64,000 nucleotides of DNA from Felis catus. Taxonomy: Eukaryota. The stretch covers positions 12,650,001 through 12,714,000 of the forward strand of contig NC_058369.1 in the NCBI RefSeq assembly GCF_018350175.1, given 5' to 3'. Numbering within the stretch: position 1 is the stretch's first letter; each line of letters starts with the position of its first letter. The translations under genes and the position numbers were made by a program. Under the pieces are notes generated by a model. It made no database searches and was not told the origin of the DNA. It was given only the letters and a program-made list of their open reading frames with translations. Shown piece by piece: positions 39,001-52,233 of this stretch.

Positions 39001-40292
39001 GAACCCACGAACCGTGAGATCATGACCTGAGCCCAAGTCGGATGCTTAACCGACTGAGCCACCCAGGCGCCCCAGGTGATCCTCCTGATGTATCCTCAGA
39101 AGGTCAGGCGCAGCCTAATGCTTTGTCACAACGCCTGCATCACTCACCTTGATGTGGGAAACAAAGGCAGACTGAGGGCAAGTCACAAACTAATAACCCT
39201 CCCCCCCGACACACACACACACATAGGTGACATTCCTCAGGCACTCCTGGCTGCCCAAGAACAAAGGAAAGGGAAAAACCCGTGGTTAACTGATAGAGAT
39301 CACAGTCATGCGGGCCCTGAGTCTCCATCAGGTTACAACTGTCTTAATAATTTACAAGGGGAAAAAGCAATTCTATCAATCGCCAAACTTCCAGGAACCT
39401 GTAGATTCCATTTCCTGGGACCCTGACACCGCCCTACCCCCCCCACCAACAGGATAGAAAATCTTACACCATCAATCACTCCTCACAACTCCAGTGTAGC
39501 TCTTTCTGCCCACGGGTCCGGTCCCTGTGCTTTAGGAAAACCACCTTTTTGCACCAAAGACGTCTCAAAGAATTCTTTCTTGGCCGTCGGCTCCGATCCC
39601 CAACACTCTGAACCACATCAACCTTACTTCATCTCCTCACGTAGACATTTTACTATCTCGTGATCACAAGAAAGCAGGCTGGGTACAGTACAGTATATTT
39701 CGAGAGAGAAGGAACCACATCCCCGTGACTCTCACTACAGAATATTGTTACCGTGGTTCTATTTTATCATTGCTGTTGTTAATTTTACTGCGCCTAATTT
39801 ATAAGTCAATCTTTGTCATAGGCATGTAGTATAGGAAGAAACAACACACGTAGGGTCTGGTACTATCCGGAGTGTTAGACGTCCACTGGGGATGTAGGGA
39901 TGTATCTCCATGGATAAGGGACGGGGGACTACCATATACATGTGATGGGAAAACAGCTATTCTGAGCTGCTGCTGGGGCATCTGACGGCCTGACAAAGCC
40001 CCTCACACCTGGAGTCTGGACATTTAGATAAGGACCCGAGCTTAGGATTCTGGCAGCAAGTTTCTGCTTCACTTTTCCCCAGGGGGCCTTTGGAAATAAC
40101 CACATAGCACTGACCCCGCCTACAGCTATGACCTCGTCTCCAACCACCTTACAAGTAAAGGGTGCTTGCTGCCCGGCTGCCTGCCTCCTGCTCGCTTGTG
40201 ACCTGGGACGGAGGACTGCCCTTCCCCCCACCCTTCATTTTGCACCCGCGCACCCCACTCTGGGATCTGTAAATAAATCTCACGGCTTGACT

Positions 40293-40343
<51 letters not shown>

Positions 40344-43300
40344 GAAACTGTGCCTCCAATCAAAACAACCCCGGAGGTTTTCACTTCTCCCAACACAACA
40401 TGACATTCTGGAAAAGGCAGAAGTACAAAGACGGTGAAAAGATCAGTGGTTGCCAGGGGGTAGCAGGGAAGGAGGGATGAACGAATAGGTAGATGGAGCC
40501 CAGAGGATTTTTAGGGCAGCGAAACCATTCTGTATGATACTGTAACACCAGGGGCGCCTGGGTGGCTCAGTCGGTTAGGCGGCCGACTTTGGCTCAGGTC
40601 ATGATCTCGCGGTCCGTGAGTTTGAGCCCCGCGTTGGGCTCTGTGCTGACAGCTCAGAGCCTGGAGCCTGTTTCGGATTCTGTGTCTCCCTCTCTCTGAC
40701 CCTCCCCATTCATGCTCTGTCTCTATCTCAAAAATAAATAAACGCGGAGCCTGTTTCGGATTCTGTGTCTCCCTCTCTCTGACCCTCCCCATTCATGCTC
40801 TGTCTCTATCTCAAAAATAAATAAACGCTAAAAAAAAAAAAAACTTTTTTAAATGATACTATAACACCAGAGGCGCCTGGGTGGCTTAGTCTGTTAAGCA
40901 TCTGACTTTGGCTCAGGCCATGATCTCATGGTTCGAGTTCAAGCCCCGCATCGGGCTCTCTGCTCTCAGCTTGGGATCCTCTGCCCCATCTCTCTCTGCC
41001 TCTCCCCCGATCATGCCCCCCCAAAGATAAATACACTTAAAAAAAACTGGGGTGCCCAGGTGGCTCAGTCGGTTAAGTGTCCGACTTTGGCTCAGGTCAT
41101 GATCTCACGGCTCATGGGTTCGAGCCCCGCATCAGGTTCTGAGCATTCAGCTCAGAGTCTGGAGCCTGCCTCAGATCCTGGGGCTCCCTTTCTGCCCCTC
41201 CCCCACTCACGCTCGGTCCCTCACTGTCTCTCAAAAACGAGTAAACATTAAAATAAATAAAATAAGAATAAAAAAGACACTACAACCCTGGGCACACATC
41301 ACCATACATTGGTCCAAACCCACAGAATCTGCAACACGAAGAGAGGACCTAACATACACTGCAGACCTTAGTTAATAAGAACACATCCAACCTGGCTCAT
41401 CAACTGTACGAGATGTGCTACCTTAATGCCGGCTGCTCATAATCGGGGACACTGCCCGCAGGGGTGAGGGGGCACAGAGGAACTCTCCTCCTTCTGCCCA
41501 ATTTTTACAGATCCGTGTCTCCACACACATCTCCGCGAATCTTACTTAATCGGGATTGCTGAATAACAGGGAAGAAGGAACATGAGACCCAGCTCTAGGT
41601 CCGTGGGGAAACCTCAGAGCCCGTGCACAAGAAGTACAAGCCCGCAGACAGGAGCCCTGATGGCCAAGTTTATCGTGGTAAACCCTGGGGCCACAGCCTG
41701 AATATTCACCACCATTAAATTATGGGCATTCATTCCGAGGAATACGGCCTTGCTGCAGGGCCGGGGGCCGGGGCATCAGTGTCGGCCCTGCTGGGGCATG
41801 CACACATCCCCTGGAGGTGTGTGGAGGGCACGCCTGAGCACCTTACCTGCAGGGGGCGGGCGGGGGGCTGCAGCTGCAGGTGGCACTGGCTGGGGGAGTA
41901 CCAGCTGCTGAGAGAGAGGTAGCTGGGCAGGTACTGGGCCCCCACGGGCTTTCCATTGAGTGCCGTCACCTTGGTCTGAGGAAAAGAGGGTACTTGGTCA
42001 AGGCCTGGGTGCTTGGCCTAGGAAGGGGGTCCCTGGGGATGCTTCTGCCTGCCCTGGCCTACGGCAAGACCCTCTCACGTCCCAATTCCCCTTTGGAGAA
42101 CCCTCTCCCCGGTTCTCAGAGAATGGGGTCCCATGTGCTTTTGCCCCCCTCTCCCCGTTCCTCAGCTCCAGGAAGCGAGTGTCCGAGGCTGGTCACAGGG
42201 CGTTAGGGGGTGGCTCAAGACAGAGGCAGGTGACTCATGTGGCTGCCAAGAGACAGCTCTATCATGGACATACTAGGAAACCCTCCCCATGCCCCTGTCT
42301 CTCTCTCTCTCTCTTTCTCTGGCTTGCTAGTGACCCTGGTGGCTTCTTGGAGGGGATCACAGGCCTGAGAGGACGGTCAGGAGATGGAGAGGCTGTGTGG
42401 GACAGCACCCCCGTGGCTCTGGAGCCTGCTCCTCCCTAAGCTCGAGCCCTGCCGCCCTGTGTGCACCAAGCCCTGGGTGGTTATACGGCTTTGCTCCTTT
42501 GAGCTTTGAGCTTTTTCCCTTCACTTGCCCCAACACAAGGGAGAGGCCAGAGGAGCAGGTCTAAGACCTCTGTGAGACCAAGAATAAAGAAATTGGCCAT
42601 GGGGTGCCTGGGTGGCTCAGTCAGTTAAACATCCGACTCTTGGTTTCAGCTCAGGTGATGATCGCAGTTTGGTGAATTCGAACCCTGCGTCGGGCTCTGT
42701 GCTGACCGTGTGGAGCGCGCTTGGGATTCTCTGTCTCACTCTCTCTCTGTCCCTCCCCCACTGGCACTGTCTCTGTCTCTCTCAAAAGAAAGAAACTTAA
42801 AAAAAAAAGGAGGGGGTGCGCCTGGGTGGCTTAACTGGTTAAGCGTCGACTTTGGCTCAGGTCATGATCTCATGGTTTGTGGGTTTGAGCCGCACATCAG
42901 GCTTTGTGCTGACAGCTCAGAGCCCGGAGCCTGCTTCGGATTCTGTGTGTGTCTCTCTCTCCCTTTTTCTGCTCCTCCCCAGCTCTCTCTCTCTCTCAAA
43001 AATGAGTAAATGTTAAAAAGAAAAAAAGAAGTTAGCCCATTTTTGTCCCCGGTTTCTGGGAGGAAGCCTCCAAAGCCTGGAATTTTCCAAGTGATGAGAG
43101 TGTCTTTGTTATTTACGGTGCATCCTGAGGGTATATGCCACCGAGCCAAATCAGGACAGGGGTAAAGGGTTGGGGTTTTGAGACTTGTGATACCAGCCTA
43201 ACCTCCAGGGAGGGAGGCGACTGGAACCGGAGTCTGTCACAGGGCCCGTGATTCACAGCTACTTTACGAACCCCGATGGACACCGTGGACACCGAAGCTT

Positions 43301-46300
43301 GAGAGAGCGCCCCCGGCCGGCCGTTCTCTGGGGGCACGGTCACACATCATGAGCCAGGAGGATGGTGTGTCCCAGGAACCCCAGAGGGACAGCTCAGGAA
43401 GCTTCAAGTGTGGGACCCTCCCAGCTCTGGCCCCACGCCTCTCTCTTTTCGGCTGGTGCTGATTTGCCACGCTGCTATAAAAAAAACTGTGATTGCAAGA
43501 GACACGCACTTCCAGTTATAAACTAAGTCCTGGGGATGGAATACCCAGCGGCGTGACCGTAGTTAACAACACCGCAGTGTATACTTGAAAGTTGCTAAGA
43601 GTAGATCTCAAAATTTCTCGTCATAAAAAAAAAACGTAGAACTAGGTGTGATGCTGGCTATGAATTACACGTATGGTGGTGTCTGTTTCACGTGTGCAAA
43701 TATGGACTTATGGTATACACCTGAAACTAACACAGTTACAAGTCAACTGTCCCTCATTTAAAAAATAATTGACTTGGTAAGGGGCGCCTGGGTGGCGCAG
43801 TCGGTTAAGCCTCCGACTTCAACCAGGTCACGATCTCACGGTCCGTGAGTTCGAGCCCCGCGTCAGGCTCTGGGCTGATGGCTCGGAGCCTGGAGCCTGT
43901 TTCCGATTCTGTGTCTCCCTCTCTCTCTGCCCCTCCCCCGTTCATGCTCTGTCTCTCTCTGTCCCAAAAATAAATAAAAAACGTTGAAATGAAAAATAAT
44001 TGACTTGGGGCGCCTAGGTGGCTTAGTTAAGTGCCTGACTCTGGTTTCGGCTCAGGTCACGATCTCATAGTTCGTGAGTTCGAGCCCTGCATCGGGCTTG
44101 GGATTCTGTCTCCTCTCTCTCTGCCCCTCCCCGACTCGCACGCACACAGGTACTCTCTCTCTCAAAAATGAATAAACATTTTTAAAAGTTAAAAATAATT
44201 GATACTTACAATTAGCTTCCCTTTTTTAATTTTTATTATTTTTTTAATGTTTATTTCTGAGAAAGAGAGACGGACAGACAGGCAGGGAAAGGGCAGAGAG
44301 AGAGGGAGGCACAGAATCCAAAGGAGGCTCCAGGCTCTGAGCTGTCAGCAGAGAGCCCGACACGGGGCTCGAACTCACACACTGAGAGATCATGACCTGA
44401 GCTGAAGTCAGTCCCTTAACCGACTGAGCCACCCAGGCGCCCCAAGTTTTGTTTTTAAAAGAATAATTAAAGACCTTTTCCTAAACAGTATTTGGTAACA
44501 GAAATAAAATATCTATTAAAGTGACATTTTGGGGAAAAGCTAATTTAAAAAAAAAAAATTTAAGTTTACTTATTTTGAGAGAGACAGACAGAGAAAGCAA
44601 GCAGGATAGGGGCAGAGAGAGAGAGAAGCCCAAGCAGGCTCCACACTTGAACTCCTGAACCAGGAGATCAAGACCTGAGCTCAAGGCAGGCGCTCAACCG
44701 ACTGAGCCACCCAGGTGCCCCAGGAAAAGCTCATTTTTAGACATGTATCTATGAGAGAGAAAATTATTCAGCTAATTCTGGTATTTGTAGTCATCTCAGG
44801 GCTTTGCTGCTACTTAATTGCTAGAGGACTAAATGCAAATAAAAGGGACGTCTTGCGATCATTAAGAAAAAGCTGTCATTGTAACCAGGAATTTGCAGCC
44901 CGCTGGATGGCCCGGAGAGTCCCAAGCTTGCAACTTCCATGGTTAAAAATCTTTAAGGACACGTTGCCCCACAGAGGACAGTCACCACAAGCGTCCTCGG
45001 CTCCCACCTACGCATTTACTCTAAGCTGCCCCCGCCCCTTCCCCGCCATCCAGCGTCCGTGGGGCTGTCACAGAGCTGGACGCCCTCTTCTGTCACTCCT
45101 GCTCCTCTCTTCCCTGATAATGGGACCCCGTGTCCTACCTTCACAGCTCCAGGCTTGGTGGCTTCTCTGTCATCACCTTCTGTCTGCCCACCTGTGCCCA
45201 CACCCCACCCCCCGACCAGGTACCCTGTAATGTCACTGGAACAACTGCTGAGTTTCAAAAATGAGGCCACTCTGTCCCCCTGATGCTGCCTTCTGGGTAA
45301 ACCCCAAACACCCCTGTGAGGTGGGGGGCACCCCACCAGCTCCCTCCTCCACATCTTCCTGAATGGCTCAGCCTGGCTGGGCCCTGCAGGACCCAGTTAC
45401 ACTATGATCGAGGGCCTCTGGGCCTCTGCACATGCTGTTCCACCCTCCCAGAAGCAGTCTGGATGACCCTCCCCAAGGTCAGGAGTCCACATGGTGGGAT
45501 CCCTTTGGGAAAGCCTCCTTCAGCATGACAGCAAGGAAGCTTCGCCTCTCCTTGACCTCCTGTCTTGCCTTGGGCTCTCCCCCGGTCAAACTCCCCGTCA
45601 AAGACCATAAACTCCCTCAGGGAAGCAGGAGGCCACAGTTCCACTGAGCTCGTGCCCAAGCATAATTCAGGGAAGGCACCAAGGCTGTGCCTTGTGGCTG
45701 AATGACAAAGGTCCAGGCAACTCACCCACCTCCAGCCACACGTGTTGGGCCGACATGGGGATGAAGGGGATTTCAAACCCCACCAGCCCTCCCCGGGACA
45801 CAGATTCAGTGGTGTAGATGTTGTCCTTCGAGGTCAGCTCTGCCCTGATCTGGACCGTCACCCCCTCGGCCGGGCTGCCGTCTGGGTAGGACAGCTCCAC
45901 CTGGAAGGGGATCACCAAAGATTCAACACAGTCAAGGCAGTACCACTCCCCAGACGGATCTACAGACTCGACCCAATCCCCCACCAGAATCCCAGCCAAC
46001 TTCTTTGCAGAAATCGACAAGCTGTTGCTAAAATTCACAGGGAAATAACCAAATAACCAAAACAACCAGGAAAAAGAAGAACCGAGAAGAACTCATATCT
46101 CCTAGTTTCAAAACTGTGAAGCTACAGTAATCAAGACTGGCCTAGGAGAGACATGGCGATCAATGGTACGGAATTGAGAGTCCAGGAATAAACCCACACA
46201 TCCGTGGCAAATTGGTTTTCAACAAGCGTGCCGAGACCCTTCACTTGGAAGAGAACAGTTTCCTCAACAAACAGTGCTGGGAGGACTGGACGCCCACATG

Positions 46301-49300
46301 CCAAAGAATGAAATCGAACCCCTACCTCACACCATCTGCAAAAGTTAAAAATGGATCATAGGGGCACATGGGTGGTTCAGTCGGTTAAGCATCCGACTCT
46401 TGGTTTCAGCTCAGGTCATGATTTTGAGGTTTTGTGGATTTGAGCCCCGCGTCAGGCTCTGCGCTGACAGCATGGAGTTGGCTTGGGGATTCTCTCTCTC
46501 CCTCTCTCTCGCTCTCTGCCCCTCCCCCACTCACACTAAATGTCCCCCTCAAAATAAATAAACTTAAACAACTAAAAAAAAAAAAAAAAAGATCATAGAC
46601 CTGAAGTTAAGAGCTGGAACTCTGAAACACTTAGAAGATGGAGGGCTGGGTGGGGGAGGCCAGGAGAGGAGGACCTTCACGACCTTGGACTTGACCAAGA
46701 AGTCACAAGGTACAAGTTACCACGGGCTGGCCATTAGCCTGGTGCCACGTGGTGTGGAAAAAGAACGAGCAAAGGCTATTTATTCACAGCTTGCTGCAGC
46801 CAGGAGTCAAAGCCACCATCACTTGTGTTTGGCAGAGACTCAGGTGCAGGTGAAGCGAGAAAGCCTTGTAGAGAAGCAGGGAGGGCTTCAGGTGTGCCTC
46901 CGTTGGAGGCTATCGATGTGGGGGCTAACCGGAAGTGGGGTATCCCAGACAATCGGTTAGGGGAACGTATAGGGACTCAGTATCTCTCCAATGTGCGGAT
47001 CTGATCTATTCTATTCTATTCTGTTCTATTCTATTCCATTCCATTGCATTTTAAAGACAGAGAGTGCACAGATGCACAAGTAGGGGAGAGGCGCAGAGCG
47101 AAAGAGACAGAGGATCTTAAGCAATCTCCATGCTCAGCGTGGAATCCAAAGAGGGGCTCGATCCCACGACCCTGGGACCATGACCTGAGCTGAAATCAAG
47201 AGTCAGACACTTAGCCGACTGAGCCACCCAAGTGCCCCGGCACTCTCCGTTCTGTCCCATTGGTCTCCAGGTACAAATTGCCGTGTACGAATCACCACAT
47301 GCTGGCCGCTGGCCACTGGCCTGGTGCCACGCTGGGGGAGGAACAGAACGGGTAATGCTATCAACAGTTCCGTGTGATGCTCAGACCTCATTCAGACGTA
47401 GAAGAGGCAGTCGGAACGAGGGGTTCAGAAGACAGGGATGGTGTGAAAGAAATATGGCCGGTGGGCCCTGAAGGACCCTAGAGTAGCCCCTCGACCGTGC
47501 AGGTATTTGGTGACAGAGTGACAGGGGCTTCGGCTGGCATGATCCCCATTTACAGCTCTGCTCTTTAATGCAGACGGTGGATAAGTTCTCAGTGGTCCCT
47601 GAAATGCTCCCTTTGGGACCCTCAAAGCCAGGGGCGCACAGGCCGTGTCTCTGTGATTGCGCCTGAGGGGCTGGGATCCGGCACAGACAGAAGGGAGGTC
47701 TCAGAGCAGAGCAGGAGTAGCAGGCCACAGCATGAGGACACCGGGATCCTGTGAGTGACCCACAGAAGGTTAGAGGGGCCAGCGATGTGGGCGGTGGGCA
47801 GAGCTGTGGTCAAGGGTGCAGCCAGCTTCCTCTGGGGTGACACTGGGCTCCACTGGCCTTGGCCCCCCGGGACACAAATGCCCAGTTCAGCAACTAGGAT
47901 AAGGATCTCGGGTTTCTGGTCACCTAAAACTTGACTGTGTATAAGAATGGCATGATGGGTGGGCAGGAGATGGGGGCCTATTCAAAATGCCACATTTGGG
48001 GCACCTGGGTGGCTCAGTTGCTTATGCATCCGACTTCAGCTCAGGTCATGATCTTGCGGTTCATAAGCTTGAGCCCCACATCGGATTCTGTGCTGACAGC
48101 TCAGAGCCTGGAGCCCGCTTCGGATTCTGTGTCTCTCTCTCTCTCTCTGCCCCTCACCCCCCTTAAAAATAAGTAAACATTAAAGAAAACACACACATAC
48201 ACACAAAACGCCACTTTCCCCCAGGAGATCGAATCAGTCTGTCTCAGGGACAGGAGATCTGCCTTTTGGGGCATTCCCTTGGATATTAGTTCATCCAGAA
48301 ATAAGTCGACCCAAATAGGAAAGGCATTGCCTGAGAGAAACCGAATGAATGGCTTTACAACGCCTTGGTTTAACGCTGTAGATACACGAATGTCTATCTA
48401 CGTCAACTAAAGCAGACCATCCTTTTAGGTGGAGCAAAATGCCCAGTGCCCTCACCCTGGGCCCAGTACCAGCTCTTGTCACAGTCAGCAGAGGAGGCCC
48501 TGGTCCCCAGACAGCAAAGGTTATGCAATGTAATTAAAGGACACCGTCCTCCGCAGAGTCACTGCTGGGACACTGAGTGACTCAGAGTCACTGCTGGGAC
48601 ACTGATGGGACCCACTGCCACGGATTCTCGGTGGTCCTCGGGGGGCGGGGAGGCTGGGGCGGGAGGTGGTGCGGAGCCTGCGTCCTCAGACGGCCCCTGC
48701 CGGGCCCCATCCCCAGCGCTTACCTTCCCCACGTAGGACAGGCCAGGCTTGAACTGCTTCCTGGTGTCCTTGGAGTAGCGGACGTCCACCAGCTGCCTCT
48801 GGACAGGAGTGGAATCATCAAAGGCCACCTGCTGGCTCCCGTCCACACTGACCACCGTGGCCCAGATGCTGACGGTGCCCCGGAAGTGCTCGGGGACATC
48901 GGCTGGGATCATGTCCTTCACGCAGATGTCGAAGTCCTGGGAGCCGTGGATCTGGAGGCAGGAAACGCCCAGAACGTGCTCACTCGGGGTCAGAGTGGTT
49001 TCAGTGAATGACTCTCAAAAACACATGTGAAGTCCAGGACTCTCCAGCCGCTTGGAGGGCCAGGGGGGTCATTGGATCCCTTGTTGGATGTGCCATATGA
49101 CCCAGGGAGGAGGGGCATCGGTCCCACCAGGCAAAAGAGGAGAAGGCTTCTGTAGTAAGTTGCTCACCCTCCCACAGACAGCAGGACAGGGATTTGAACC
49201 AAGTCACCCCCACTTTGGAGCACTCGCTCCCGCTCCTGGGGCACAGAACGCTCCCATTCACCCCCTACTCCAGGACCCAGCCAGGAGCCGGGCGAATAAG

Positions 49301-52192
49301 TCCATCCAGGAACAGCTTTGGAGTACATTACTCAGCAAACCAGACAATTAAGGCTAGGGCACCACAGCCTGCAGGGAGGACAGGGTTCAGTGCCGGAGGC
49401 CCCTGCAGAGACAGAGGATCCCCAGGATGTGTGTGCACGTACGGGGCGGCACGCTCACAACTGAGCCAGGTTATAAAACTTTACACGCACGGGAGTGTGA
49501 AATCATGCAGCCGCCATGGAAAACAGTCTGGGAGTTTCAAATGGCTAAACATAGCTACCACTGAATCTACAAATGGGTAACAGGTTGGCCAGACCACATA
49601 GAAAAATGGCCAACCCATTGCCTATACACCAGCCTTGTGGAAAGTCTGACCCCTAGGAAGAAGCCAAACCCCCATAACAACCAGCCCCACACGGCCAGGA
49701 CTTGATTAATCACGGGCAGCTTCTCTGATTTTTTGCCCCTATTTCTTGTTTTTTTTTTAATTTTTTAAAAAATGTTTATTTCTTTCTGAGAGACATAGAA
49801 CGTGAGCAGGGGAGAGGCAGAGAGAGAGGGAGACACGGAATCGGAAGCAGCTCCAGGCTCTGAGCTGTCAGCACAGAGCTCGACGCGGGGCTCGAACCCA
49901 CAAACCGTGAGATCATGACCTGAGCTAAAGTGGGACGCTTCACCGGCTGAGCCACCCAGCCGGCTGCCCCTACTTCTTTGAACGAATTGAGAAAGCCACA
50001 CATGCACCCCTAACCAATCTCACCGGATGCTCCCCTTCTAGTTAGGTGGTGACAGCTTCCCCCAAACACCCATAGCCTCCAACCGGGGCACACGCGAAAC
50101 CCTCCCTGTTTCTCACGACCAAGCTTCAAGTCTGCCAAACGGAGGTGATGGCGGCTGACTCCCTTGCTACAGCAAGCTCCAAATCAACGGCCTCTGCACA
50201 TTCTTACTCAGGTGGCTTCTTTATTTAATTCCATACCACACGACCTAGGGACGCCACATCCAAGAGAAATGAACACGGCCAGCCCCACAAAAACCTGGAC
50301 GCGAGCGTTCAGAGCAGCAGCAGCGGTAATAGCCAAAAAGTGGAAAACAATTCAGATGGCCATCGCCGGGCAAACGGATAAACAAAATGTGGTCCCTCTG
50401 CATGATGGAATATTACTCGGCCACAGAAAGGAATGAAGCCCTGATACGCGCTACACTGTAGATGCACCTTGAAAACATCGTGCTGGGGGGGTAAGAAGCC
50501 AGACGCCGAGACCATATAGTGTGTGATTCCATGTGTACGGAACGTCCAAAATGAGCAAATCCATACAGACAGAAAGCAGATCTGTGGTTGCCCAGGGCTG
50601 GGGGTGGAAAGAGATTAATCCCAAAAGGGCATGAGGGATTTGGGGAGGATGGTGGAGATTATCCTAAAACTGGGCTGAGGCAACTGTTGCACACTCTGAA
50701 TATGCCCCCAACCCCCAAATCCTACATTCTACGTGAATATTTGAATCGTATGGTATGTGAATTGTATCTCAATGAAACTATTTTGGGGGGGGGGGCGCCT
50801 GGGTGGCTCAGTTAAACGTCTGACTCTTGGTTTCAGCTCGGGTCATGATCTCACAGTTTGTGGCTTCGAGCCCCACATCAGGCTCCGTGCTGACAACACG
50901 GAGCCTGCTTGGGATTCTCTCTCTCTCTGCCCTCCTCCCGCTCACTCTGTCTCTCTCTCTCAAAAATGAATAAGTAAACTTAAAAAAAAAAATAAGGGAC
51001 GCCTGGGTGGCTCAGTCGGTTAAGTGTCCGACTTCAGCTCAGGTCATGATCTCAGTTTGTGGGTTCCAGCCCCGCGTCGGGCTCTGTACTGGTGGTGCAG
51101 AACCTGCTTGGGACTCTCTAGTCCTCTCTCTCTCTCCACCCCTTCCCCACTGGTGCCCCCTCTCTCTCTCAATAAATAAATAAACTTAAAAAAGAAAGAA
51201 AGTAAAATAAAATGAACGATCACGCAGCTGAAGCCTTCCCTGCAGGAAGGGATCCATTGGCTAAGCAGCCCTGGGGCCCCTGCTCCTTACTTTCGTGGTT
51301 CTGAGGACGGGGCGCCCCACCTCCTGGCTGTAGTACCCCACGCCATTTACAGTCATATTGATCGTCAAGGTCCCCGAGACAGGTTTCCCAAAGGTATATC
51401 TGGAACAAAAGGATAAAGGGAGTTAATTTCACACAGAGCAGCAGGAGAGGGTCGGTCTCAGGAAAACCAAGCCCCCCGTGTCGTGGCCACTGGTATGGCA
51501 GCTGATACAGGGCTGCTTCGCCCTCCTACATTCTCTGCTTACAGCCCTTTCCACAACCCAGAGCCAGGAGAGATAATGTCAGGGGCCTACAGTCCTCTGC
51601 CCCAAGACTTATGTTCGACAGAAAAAGAGACCAAGGGTCAGAGAGGAACTCTGAACCCAAGAGCAGGAGGGTATGTGAGACGACCACAGGGCCTGGCCAA
51701 CTTGTTGGGGCAGGACAGTACAGAGGAGCAAACAGCCGTGGGCGCCAGGGAAGCCCGGGTCTCAGAGCCCTGGTGAGCGCAGTTCTGAACCAGGGCTCTG
51801 ACTTCTCTGAGTCTTGGTTTCCTCACCCAGAGAACGGGAATAAACCTATCCTCTCAGAGATGCTGGTAAAACTTACACATATCTTTGTCATGCCCTATGC
51901 AGAGGGCACACCTGCTTACAGGGGCACAGGAGCAAGAGGGACGATCACAGCGAATAACAAAAATAATGCCAGGCATTTTGATAGTATTTTCTAGACTATT
52001 AAAAAAATGTGTGTGTCTCCAACACATCCCTGGACTGTATTTTTTTTTTTTAACTGTATTTAAGGAGAGTTGACAACATCCTTGGGTTTTAAACACACAC
52101 AGCTGGGGAACCTGGTGGGCTCTGTCAGTAAAGCGTGTGACTCTTGATCTCAGGGTGGTGAGTTTGAGCCCCACGTTTGGGGTAGAGATTAC

Positions 52193-52233
<41 letters not shown>

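Noticed and set aside
43781..43870. tRNA genes
   Set aside because: A-box/B-box-like motifs belong to tRNA-derived SINE heads followed by (CT)n and A-tails
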